This document shows positions 26,385 through 37,912 of a DNA stretch of 64,000 nt, in pieces. The position numbers were made by a program, and so were the translations under genes. Numbering within the stretch: the stretch's first letter is position 1; every line of letters begins with the position of its first letter. The stretch comes from Eledone cirrhosa (Eukaryota). The notes beneath the pieces are model-generated. The model saw nothing but the letters and a program-made list of their open reading frames with translations. It did no database searches and was not told the origin of the DNA. The DNA is taken from NCBI GenBank assembly GCA_964016885.1, contig OZ024741.1, positions 86,180,001-86,244,000 on the forward strand, in the 5' to 3' direction.

Positions 26385-28150
26385 TCAAAACAACGAACAG
26401 CGGAGGACACGTTTCGCACCTTTCCGACAGACCCCCCCCCCACTCCCGGGAAAAAAACCCAGTTGATGGATGTGAATCCAAAATACACAGGGACAATTAA
26501 ATCTCTCCCAAGGTAACTCTTTCTCGTGTTGTTATTTTTATTTTTATCCTTTACGCTCTTTTCTTCATTCCTCTACACGTTACAGTCTTATACACGCCAC
26601 GCTTCTCAAGGTACACCCACTTACATCTCTCTCTCCACCACCGGATCTTGTTACCCGGAGATTTACCCATCTGCATTGTCGAGGCTTCCAAACGACTTAA
26701 AGAAATTTACCATATATATATATATATATATATTGTATATATATATATATATATACATACATACATACATATATCATCACCATCGTTTAACATCCATCTT
26801 CCATGTTAGCATGGGTTAGACATGTTTGTCCCATTTGAGGCAAGTTGGGTGACCATGTCTCACTTGTATAGGACTGTTTATACATACATATATCATCATC
26901 ATCATCACCGTTTTACGTCTGTTCTTCCACGCTAGCATGGGTTAGACAGGTTGTCCTGTTGTGGGCAGTGTCCAGTCAGCTGACCTTGTCTTGCTCATAC
27001 AGGAACTGATTCTGGCTTGATTTCTACAGCTGGATGCCCTTCCTAACACCAACCTCATTTACAGTGAGTGGTGGGTGCTTTTTTGCTGTGGCACCTCCAT
27101 GACAACTTTGCAGTGGAATGATAGGGACTCCAGTCCTATCATCTCATTTCTACAGCTGAGTAAACTGGAGCAATGTGAAATAAAGTGTCTTGCTCAAGGA
27201 AACAACACATCACCTGGTCCAAGAATTGAACTCACAACCTTTCGATTGCAAGCCCAATGCTCTAACCACTAAGCCATGCGCCTTATAGCTTCGTTTAATA
27301 TAGAAATGGCTTCTACTGGACTAGAACTGTTTCATTAGAATGAAACAGTTCTACTCCTGTAGAAGCTATTTCTATATTAAACATTGTATATACTCTACTA
27401 TGTATTGAGTATCTTACTTACTGCGGTTACCCCTGATTGAACCTGGGACACACACACACACACATACATATATAAACTTAGACATATTTTGTCTGGCCTG
27501 CACATGTCACCTTTCTTCTCACCTTCATCCACCAGTCAGACAACACATAACAAAACCTAGGATTTTTCTTTATTTAATAAAGAAGTTCTGACCTTGAAAT
27601 ATGAAATACTGGGTAAAAACTATTGTTTTGTTTGGTCATACATATTTTACTCTACTCTAGCTCCACCATATTTCCTAACAAACACATGCATTCATATATA
27701 AAATCATATATACACATCTATGAGAGAGTATTGAAGTTTGCTTGAAGCATTGTGGAATAATAAGGTTTATTTTCTTTTGGTCGTTATGGAAGCCTCAATA
27801 ATGCAGATGGATAATTCTCCGAGTAACAGGAACCGGTGGTGAAGAGAGAGATGTAAGGGAATGTAGAATGAGATGTATAGTTTGTAGAGGAACATAGGAA
27901 AGAGCATAAAAAATAAAAATAATAACACGAGATAGAGTTACCTTGGGAGAGATTTAATTGTCCCTATATTTCGGATTCGCATCCATCAACTGGGGGGTTA
28001 TCATCGGAGAGGAACGGTACGTGTCCTCTGATGTTCGCTGCTTGTGACTAACTGAGGTATTCTGCAGAGCGCACGTGCGCACGGAATAAGTGCGGTCAAG
28101 CAAAGGTCGAAGCAGTTCTTTTAATTGTGGGAGTGGGATGGCGTTAGCTG
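26385..28150. repeat. Two inverted copies (about 26385-26700 +, 27790-28150 -) of an unclassified repeat
   Basis: Shared CCCAGTTGATGGATG.GAATCC..AGGGACAATTAAATCTCTCCCAAGGTAACTCT.TCTCGTGTT. Confidence 0.8.
27293..27382. repeat. 90-bp fold-back of the 3' half of the 24297-type hammerhead
   Basis: Right arm GAATGAAACAGTTCTACTCCTGTAGAAGC; left arm is its reverse complement. Confidence 0.85.
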
Positions 28151-28194
28151 TCAATACACATCTATATATAAGTATATTTAGTAAAACAGAGTAT

Positions 28195-29620
28195 TTAGTA
28201 GATCATATAGTATTTAATAGAATATATATAACATTTAGTAGAACACATAACTTTTAATAGAACATATATAACATTTAGTAGAAAACATAACATTTAGAAC
28301 ACATAACATTTAATAGAACATATATAATATTTAGTAGAACATAACATTTAATAGAACATATATAATATTTAGTAGAACACATAACATTTAATAGAACATA
28401 TATAATTGTTTCTACTTTTGGCACAAGGCCAGCAATTACCCAGTGAATTACTGGTACTTTATTTTATCACTCCCGTAAGGATGAAAGGCAAAGTTAACCT
28501 CGGCGGGATTTGAACTCAGAATGGCAAGGGCCGTAACTCTATGCGTCAAAGCATGACATCTGATCCTCTACCGATACTGCCATTAGTAGAACACATAACA
28601 TTTAATAGAATATATATAACATTTAGTAGAACACATAACATTTAATAGAACATATATAATATTTAGTAGAACACATAACATTTAATAGAACATATATAAC
28701 ATTTAGTAGAACACAACATTTAATAGAATATATATAACATTTAGTAGAACACATAACATTTAATAGAACATATATAATATTTAGTAGAACACATAACATT
28801 TAATAGAACATATATAACATTTAGTAGAACACATAACATTTAATAGAATATATATAACATTTAGTAGAACACATAACATTTAATAGAACATATATAATAT
28901 TTAGTAGAATACAACATTTAGAACACATAACATTTAATAGAATATATATAACATTTAGTAGAACACATAACATTTAATAGAACATATATAATATTTAGTA
29001 GAACACATAACATTTAATAGAACATATATAACATTTAGTAGAACACATAACATTTAATAGAACTTCGATAGTTGATCAACAAGATCCAAGACCTCATTTG
29101 CTCAAAGAGTGGAGTGGAGCTTGTCAAATCGGACTGAGGAAACAATGTTTCCATTGGTCTTTCCAATTGCTAATACTATATGTCGGTCGCAACTCCAGAC
29201 AGAAGGAGCAACGTGAAATAAAGTATCTTGCTCAAGGACATAATGCATCACCCGTTCTGGGAATCGTTATAACAACCTCAAGATTGTGAATCCAATTCTC
29301 TAACTACTCAGCCACATACCTTCACAATAGAACATATAATGTTTAATAGAACATATAATATTTAGTAGACCATATATAATATTTAGTAGAATGTATACAA
29401 TATTTAGTAGAACACATATTTAGTAGAACACATGACATTTAGTAGAACATATAATGTTTAATAGGACATAATATTTAGTAGAACACATAACATTTGGTAG
29501 AATGCATTACATTTAGTAGAACACATACCTTTTAATAGAATGTATATGATATTTGATTTGATAGACCATACAACATTTAGTAGAACACATAATATTTGGT
29601 AGAACATATAACATTTAGTT
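28195..29620. repeat. 40-bp minisatellite (19+21-bp dimer) interrupted by two SINEs
   Basis: Unit ACATTTAGTAGAACACATA-ACATTTAATAGAACATATATA; regular to 29063, degenerate 29325-29620. Confidence 0.92.
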
Positions 29621-30108
29621 AACTCCTGGAATAGTAAAACTTTTCTCACCATCACCCTGTCCTTTTTTTGTGCTCCTGGTTCATCCTTTTGGCTTTTTTT
29701 TTCCTGTTCTAAGAAGTAACATTGTTATTAATTGTTTCTATCAGTGACCTTCACCTTAACAGTCAATGCAATGGAATATTTATTACTAGGCTAAATCAGC
29801 ACATGGTAAATATTTCTTCTTCCCTTTATGCCATCCCCTTTGTTTACTCCTACCTATACCAAAACTCTCCTCCCTTTCCCCTTTCCCTGTATGTTTACTA
29901 CATTAACCCACTGCCTCTTTCCTATACAAAATGTTTACTATACAGGAGGAAACATTAAGATTACTTAACACTGTTTTGAGAAGATAATATCTTCAAAACT
30001 TTGAAGTAACCAGTTACTGTCAATAATAAATATTACTTTGATTCGTATACAGTATTGAGTCCTTTATTCAGTGCATGTTTATTTTACTTAAGTACACAAA
30101 TCAATAAA

Positions 30109-30141
<33 letters not shown>

Positions 30142-30659
30142 CATAAATACCTATATAAGCTATAGTTCAGAGGAGATAGAAAAATTCAGTAGTGAGTTGT
30201 CACCATGGGTCACTGTGTTATGTGATACAGCATATTATTATCTTTATCTGCAGGTTGTGTCTGAGAAGTGGAGGTGTGTATTGTAGCAAATATTTCTCAA
30301 AAGATTTACATTTGAAAAAATTTCAGATTTTGTATTGAGGTACATCTTTCATATATTTGTACATCAGAAGCTGAAGCTCTTCTCTATTATGCAGATGTCA
30401 CGTCATACACTTCCATTTCTATATAGTCTAGATAGTACACTTCTCTTTATGTCGAAGTCTGTGCCACTGTTTTTTTTTATTTTTTATTTCCAGATGTGAC
30501 ATGATAATTATGTGACATCCTTCATATCAATATTTCTGAATGTAGCCATGTAACTGTATTAGCATTGCTTAATTTGTCTTCTGTCATGCTTAAATACATT
30601 TTTTGTTCAGTATTGGAGTAGGTCTAGTGGAGGTGACTTCAGCCTCGTATTCTAATGTT

Positions 30660-31350
30660 TGGGCATAGGACATTTTTAGTGAGCATCTTGTAGGATCTGT
30701 GGAGAGAGAGAGGAAACTGTGGCTCACATTGTATCCGAGTGTAAAAACCTTGCTCAGATTCACTATAAAGGATGGAGGTATGATATCATAGGAAAAGTGA
30801 TTCACTAACATTTATGCAAACTGAACAAATTACCTTATTCTCAGAAATGGTATGAGCATAAGCCAGAGTCGGTGATAGAAAATGACTGGGTGAAGGTGCT
30901 GTGGGATTTCAGGATACAAACAGACAAATAATTAGAACACAATAGGCGTGACCTGGTGGTTTTTGCCAAGGAAAAAAGATCTTGCTTGATTATAGATGTA
31001 ACTTGCCCTTTTGACACAAGGGTGCAAGAAAAAGAGAAGAGGAAAATTAACCGGTTCCAGGATTTAAAGTGGGAACTGAAAAGGATTTGAAACTGTTATG
31101 AGATCAAAGTCATTCCCATCATCATAGGAGCATAGATACTATCTCGAAGAGTTTCCAAAGCTGATTAAAGAACATTAGCTCAGCCCCCCTTTTTTGAAAC
31201 ACTCCAGAAGGCATACCTACTGGGAACAAGAAGGACCTTCTGATGCATCTTGAATATCTGAGGCTTCAGGTAGTGGCTTGATGTTCATTAGGCCAAATTT
31301 TCTGGTTAAAGAACAACAATGACAAACATCAAAGTAATAATAATAATAAT
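30660..31350 (+). mobile_element. R4/Dong-type RLE-encoding LINE, 3' fragment with (TAA)n tail
   Basis: CRICGEREETVAHIVSEC, LWDFRIQTD..EHNRRDL..IIDVTCP, VIPIIIGA, LQKAYLLGT. Confidence 0.88.
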
Positions 31351-32557
31351 GGTTTCTGATTTAGGCACAAGGCCAACAATTTTGGATGAGGAGAAAGTCG
31401 ATTAAATTGACTCCAGTGTGTTACTGATACTTTATTTTATCAACCCTGTAAGGATAAAAGGCAAAGCTAACCTCGGCGGGATTTGAACTCAGAACGTAAA
31501 GGGCTATAACTCTATGCTGAGAAGCAGGGTGTCTGACACTCTACTGAAACTGATAATCCACCGCCCTAATAGCAAAAGGTTGCTGGAAAAAATCAATGGG
31601 TACAAGGGATCATCTTGTCATAGAAAAGATAATGATCAAAGACTGTAAATTCCAGAAGACATAGCTGAATATGACACAGACAGACTTAAAAGAACTTACA
31701 TATGGTGCCTAAACAAATCTACATATGTGTTCATATAACACAAGTACATGAATGTGTGCATTTACATGTAAATGGCACATGTGCACATCTTATAAAAACA
31801 ACATGCATACACACAGGTGCTCATGTCTAAGTGCATATTATGCAGAACAGTGCACAATTACATGCACAAGTAGATGAACATATCTATATATAAATTTGAG
31901 CAACTTCTGTCCATCTGTCCTTCCATCACCCACTAGAGATGACTGAGGAAGGAAGGGATGATGAAAAACTACAGAAAAAAGCATCTAATATTCACTACAC
32001 TTGTGTGTGAGTGTATGTGTAAATGTGTATAAAAGGAATGTGTTTGTGTGAATGCATGTCTGTGAGTGTGTAATTTTGTAAGTGTGTCTGTGTTTGCGTG
32101 TTGATAATAATATACTCATATGTCTAACCCATGCTAGTGTGGAAGATGGACGTTAAATGATCATGATGATGATGATGACACACATCAGCGTGTTGAAAAA
32201 AATTCTAGTGCATAAAGAAGCCATTAAATGTATACAAAGGTGTGCACACTTATGTGACCACAAGTAAACATACACACCAATCTGCCTATATACTCAATAA
32301 TTAATGTATACATAAATCCAGATACATGCAAACCTGTCGAATTAAATGGATAAATAACGATAAAATTATCGTTTTGAAATAACATGAAATATAAAATAAA
32401 GTGAAACAGAAATAGAAAATTACCACTTTATGTCCATTTTTTCGTGCAGGCTTCAGTTGAACAGTTGAACAGGCTGTCACAGTCCAAGACCAAACAGGTT
32501 GGGGCAACCTCATGTTGTTTATACATTCCAAGGGGATAGTGCTATATGAATCTAGAA

Positions 32558-33741
32558 GAGAGGATTTCAAAGTGGGTGCTACCGCCCCGGGGGGCGTTGG
32601 GAAGGTCCAGGGGGTGCTGGGGCCTAAGTGGGGGGGTGGGGGTTAGAGATGATATACTAGTATATTAAATATCAAATGATACATATCTATATATATAAAA
32701 CTGAGGATGTCTGTCTGTGTGTGTGAGTTTGAATCCCTAAAACTCGAGAACCACCCAACCGAGTGTTTTCAAACTATACACATGTAATACTTATGTTTCA
32801 GGGAGTGAATGCCCTAGGGACCGCATTGGGCGATTTAGCAATTTCTCTCTATAATTCTTAGTCTTTCTCTTTTTAGATACATACATATAGCGTCGCACCC
32901 TTATAATATTTGTTTGTATGTCTGGCTGTCTGCATTACGTCATTTCCCTGAGGATGTCTGTCTGTGTGTATGTGTGTGTGTGTGTGTCTGTGTCTGTGAG
33001 TTTGAATCATTAAAACTCGAGAAGTACCCAACCGATGTTTTTCAAACTTTACATATGTATTACTTATGTTTCAGGGAGTGTTATGCACATAAAAATTCAA
33101 CATTTTGATCTCCTAGGTGAAAAACTGCGTGTTTTAAGCTTTTTATGGGTTTTTTGAGGCGTTACGTCAGACCGATTTCCTTGAAATTGTAACTATGTAT
33201 TAGTCAGTCTCTTCTTCATACCGTGAGCAAAATCCAACTTTTTTTATGGCCTACGGCGCGCATTAGGTGAAAAACTTCATTTTTTCAGCTTTTTAGGGCT
33301 TTTTAGAGGCGTTACGTCTAGCCGATTTTCCCGAAATTTCAAAGCATATTATGCACATAAAAAATTTCATTTTCTTGATCCCCTAGGGATTTTTCCTGCT
33401 TTATCGAGGAAAATCTTAAAGATTATCCAGCCATTCTGTTTATTTTCTTGACATATTGTCCAGGCATGCAGTTTTTCCACGATTAGGTCTGTTGGCGGCC
33501 CGCGTTCCAAAATACCTTATCTCGTGCAACGCCAGGTACCACTGCTAGTAATATATAAATATAATAAAATAAAAAATATATATATAGTTATACATAGTAT
33601 ATATTATATTATTTATTATATATAAATTAACGATTTAATTTATTATATATTATTTACAATTTGCATGTAGGCAGATCTCTCTGGAAATAGGGTTGGGGGC
33701 ACTGAGGATATTACGTGGCCCAAAATGTTTGAGAACTTCTG
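32558..33741. mobile_element. Non-autonomous hAT (Charlie-type) element hosting a Helitron
   Basis: Identical 8-bp TSD ATCTAGAA at 32550-32557 and 33742-33749; imperfect TIRs GAGAGGATTTCAAA / TTTGAGAACTTCTG. Confidence 0.82.
32686..33548 (+). mobile_element. Non-autonomous Helitron
   Basis: 5' TCTATATATATAAAA, 3' GCAACGCCAGGTACCACTGCTAG, sits between A and T with no TSD; internal duplications. Confidence 0.85.
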
Positions 33742-34139
33742 ATCTAGAATCATTCACACACGATAATGTGTGAATAATATTCTTAAGGTCAACTTTTTCC
33801 CAACGACAGCCACTTCTAGGACTTGTCACTAATTCAGTTCTCAACCAAATTTGATCAGGTTTTTTGCACTCGAATGAACTCATCCCAGTGGAGGATAAGG
33901 CCCCTCATTGATTTTGACTCATCATAACTTTTTAAATTTCGAATATAAGTTCATGCTACCTATCTCAGTAGATAGAACTCGATAAGCTGAATCGAAATTT
34001 GTCAATATTGAAAGATTGGTGCCATAGAAATCGAGTTGTGTGACTTTAAGTGACAAAATCAGATGAAGAGTAACGCTAAGGGACATAATTCTAGTATAAA
34101 TCCCTCGTAGCTGTACTAAGTAGTTTCCCTTAATTATAG

Positions 34140-36198
34140 TTATTCACAAAAGGCTTGATGACATTTTTGGAGATCCCCCAAAAATGGAACATCCTTTTGG
34201 AAAAATGAATCTTCTTTTGTTTGGTGATTTGATGCAATTGCCACCTGTAAATGAAAAACCAGTATTTTCTAGAATTTCATCATATGATGCCAAAAAAACA
34301 GAAATTGGCATTAGTGGGCATTCATTGTGGAAATACTTTCAATATGATGAGCTAACCATTAATATGAGACAAATAGAAGACAAAGACAACTATGTTGATA
34401 TTTTGGGAAGAATTAAGATTGGTTCCCCATCAGACTCTGATATTAGCATTCTTCAAAAAAGATGCCTATTTCCTGATAGAAAAGCATCTGTTGAAGAAAT
34501 TGCTAAAAAAATTGATTGAATTATATTCTATTCCTGAATTAAAATTTGTATGTATTTTACCTTTGAATGAAGCTGTTGATGAGTTGAATAATGAAATGAT
34601 TCAAAAATGCAACTTGCTGCAAAAGATTCTGGTATGAGACAAGTAAATGGAAGAAAAAAGAAAAATGTTGAAAAAGGCAAAAACAAGAAAACTTCTGATA
34701 CTGCTGGACTAGAAATTTTGCTAAATGTTGGAATTGGAGAAAGAGTGATGTTGAAACGAAACATTGATGTAGATCAAGGCTTATGCAATGGTGTTATTGG
34801 AACAGTTATTGAATTAATTGGGAATGGAAGCAATGTTGACAAAATTTTGGCGTCTTTTGATACCAAAAAGGACAAACCCATTTCCATTGGAAGAGTTCAA
34901 GCAGACTATGAAATTTCTCCTGGTGTTTTTGTCACCAGAACACAATTTCTATTGTCTCTTGCTTACTCTATAACAATTCACAAATCACAAGGAATTTCTG
35001 TGGATGGAATAATTGCTGATTTAGGAAATCAGATATTTTCTGATGGTCAAGCTTATGTGGATCTTTCAAGAGCCAGAAAACTTTACAATTTGTATCTCTG
35101 TGACTTTGATCCAAGATCATTGATCATGGTTGACAAATCTGCATGGGAAGAGTACAACAAACTACGGGCTAGTACTGGAAGAGCAGATTTGCCTCCATTG
35201 CCACCTTGCAGGAAAAAGCATCCTTGCATAGCAAATGCTTCTAACATGCCCAAGAAAAGAACTAAAAGACTTAATTTGGAAGAAAATTCAAACCAACCTG
35301 CCAAAAAGAAGAAAAGAAATGAAAACAGCCAAACTTTAATCCCTAAACATCAATTAATCAACCAAAGAAATGCTTGTTTTGCAAATTCAGTTGTGCAATC
35401 ACTGAATCAATTGCCTGAATTTGTAGAGTATTTGCATAATTTTAACAACATGAATGGAATACATCAAGAATTAAGCAATATCATTTTTAATAATCATAAT
35501 AATGTCTCTAACTTAAGAAGAATAATTGGAGGAAGATTTCATGATGGAAATCAGCAATGTGCTCATGAATTTTGGAAAGAACTCTCTTTACATTTGGACT
35601 TGGTATTTAGAGAAAAACTTCAATTTATTCAAACTGATCATACTAGATGCATCTGATTGCATCAAACAAATTGCCAAGCTTTAAATAACAATGTTTGCAA
35701 TTGTAATTCAAGACCTGGATGTGGTATAGAATCTGAACTTCCAATTCAAATAAAAGAGGATTTGATATTAAATCCTATTAATGGCACACAACAATTTAAA
35801 TCTCTACTTTCAACAACAAATACTTTGACTAAATACTGTGATACTTGTTCTGAAAATACTGAGCATCAAATAACTTCAAGAATTGAATTTACTAACGATT
35901 TCAAATATCTTGTCATCTCAATTAGTAGATTTTTGATTAATAATGAAGGAGAACAAAGAATTAATTGTGATATTATGAACTTTAGCTAAAAAAAGCAGCA
36001 AATATATGGCACAAATTTCACATTAAAAGCTGCTATTCTTCATGAAGGAGTATCATCTACAGCAGGCCATTATACTTGTCTGGTAAAAAGTGGTGCTGAA
36101 AATTGGGATGAAATTAGTGACAACATTATCAAAAAAAGGCACAATAAATTTCCTCCTAAGTTACCTAATGTGGTTGTATTGTTTATGGAAAAAATTAG
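34140..36198 (+). pseudogene. Helitron/Helentron-type Pif1 helicase (motifs III-VI) fused to a USP (peptidase C19) domain; 2 internal frameshifts, 2 stops
   Basis: PFGKMNLLLFGDLMQLPPV, LTINMRQ, VMLKRNID..GLCNG, AYSITIHKSQG, GQAYVDLSRA; then LINQRNACFANSVVQSL, QQCAHEF, LVISISRF, AAILHEG..AGHY..W..ISD. Confidence 0.9.
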
Positions 36199-36804
36199 AT
36201 TTTGGATTTTGGACTATTGATCTTGTACTACCAACTTATAATTAGGACTACTGTTAATTCTGGACTACTTCGTTTTGTTTTGGACTACTTGCTGCTTATT
36301 TTGGACTAAATGCTGATTTTCGACAACATAATTTTATTTTGGACTAAATGCTAATTCTGGACTACTTAATTTTATTTTGGACTAACTGCTAATTATGGAC
36401 AACTTATTGTTGAATTTGAGCTCACTGTTTATTGGCATTTTATTTATTTACTACTTAATTTTATTTATTTTTGACTCAGTTATTTTAATTGCTTGTTTTT
36501 CTAGCATCTTTAATAACTTCACTTGTTAAGTTAAACTCTAAATTGATCATTAGAGTATAGTCAATTATAGCTTTGTCTCTATGGGCACACCTGAAGGCTT
36601 GTAGTAAGGGTGTTCAGAAAAGGCAAATGTCTCTATTGATTATATTCTACAAAATACATTTTCAATTTTAATATTTTGGATTTTATAGAAATATTGAAAT
36701 GAAAAATTAATTTTTATTGATGAAAAAAGGATTGTAAATGCCTTAGCAAATGGTCAAGGTAATTTAAATAAAATAATTTGCTGCAATGCCTTAAAAAAAA
36801 GGGA

Positions 36805-37912
36805 ACTAGACCGAAAAATGCGGGCGCATGTGTATTAATATTCTTAAATAATAATAAACCTGGAAAAGTACAGGACAAGTAGAATTAACTCTTAAAATAT
36901 TGAAGCTGGAATTTGAATTTGATGAATTAAATGTACAATAATAAGCCTATGACATCACACTTAATGACAAGGAGGTGAAGGTTGTTAAGATGGCATGGAA
37001 CAGGACGTTTCGGTGCAGGCATTTCTGTGCCAGCTGTTCGGCACTGGCATGTGGAATGGTCATTCCTAGCTCTTTCATGGATAGATTTAGAATAACACAA
37101 GAATGACCTAAAGACAACCAAGATAATTTTTTACTTTAATTATTAATTAAATAATTAGAAACGATTTAGAAATCACCTTCATTCATTGGGAATGGCCTAG
37201 TTAATCTTTGGTGCTAATCTCTAAAAGATAGTCTCTGCTTTCCTCATAAGAAAGGAACAGTAATCCAGATTATCAATCAGAATGATATCGCACTTGATCA
37301 CTAAATTTTCTTTTTGAAATACAGTTGACTATCTCTAATTGTCACTCAATGGAACTGTAAAAATGACTGACAATTAGGGAGAGTCACAAAAAGTAAAAGT
37401 TGGGCCAAAAATGGCGCTGACAATTAGGGAGAGTCAACTGTAATTTGATCTTGACAAATTTTGGCTTAACTTTTTTTTAAATGAAATTAGATTAATAATT
37501 TTAATATGATGACAATTTATGCAAAATTTAGCTCATTACTTTTTACTATTAATTTCAATTAATTTTTAATGTCAATTTTTAAAGTAATACAGTATAATTA
37601 ACCCACTAAAGGGACAAAAAAAGTGACAACTTAAATGAACTGACAATTCATGTACAAAAGATTGATGACATTAATTGTATTTGGTTGGCAAAATGGTGAT
37701 TGCTGACTTAGGCAAACTGATGACTTAATATCTAATAAATCCCCTAATTCATTATTATTTCTTATTATCTCTTGGCATTGCTAATTTTACTGTACATTGA
37801 ATTCATCAAATTCAAATTCCAGCTTCAATATTTTAAGAGTTAATTCTACTTGTCCAGGTTTATTATTATTTAAGAATATTAATACATATGCGCCTGCATT
37901 TTTCGGTCTAGT
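36805..37912. repeat. About 125-bp inverted repeats (36805-36937 / 37791-37912) with CTAG outer ends
   Basis: ACTAGACCGAAAAATGCGGGCGCAT.. versus ..ATGCGCCTGCATTTTTCGGTCTAGT; one ~11-nt indel. Confidence 0.88.
37322..37440. mobile_element. 119-bp pogo/Tigger-like MITE
   Basis: 23-bp TIRs CAGTTGACTATCTCTAATTGTCA / TGACAATTAGGGAGAGTCAACTG, TA TSD, extra internal TIR copy. Confidence 0.85.

Noticed and set aside
28195-29620. Regular repeat array as a possible CRISPR
   Set aside because: No unique spacers, eukaryotic context, no cas genes
35654-35656. TGA in the USP region as programmed readthrough
   Set aside because: The ORF has other stops and frameshifts; decay is the simpler explanation
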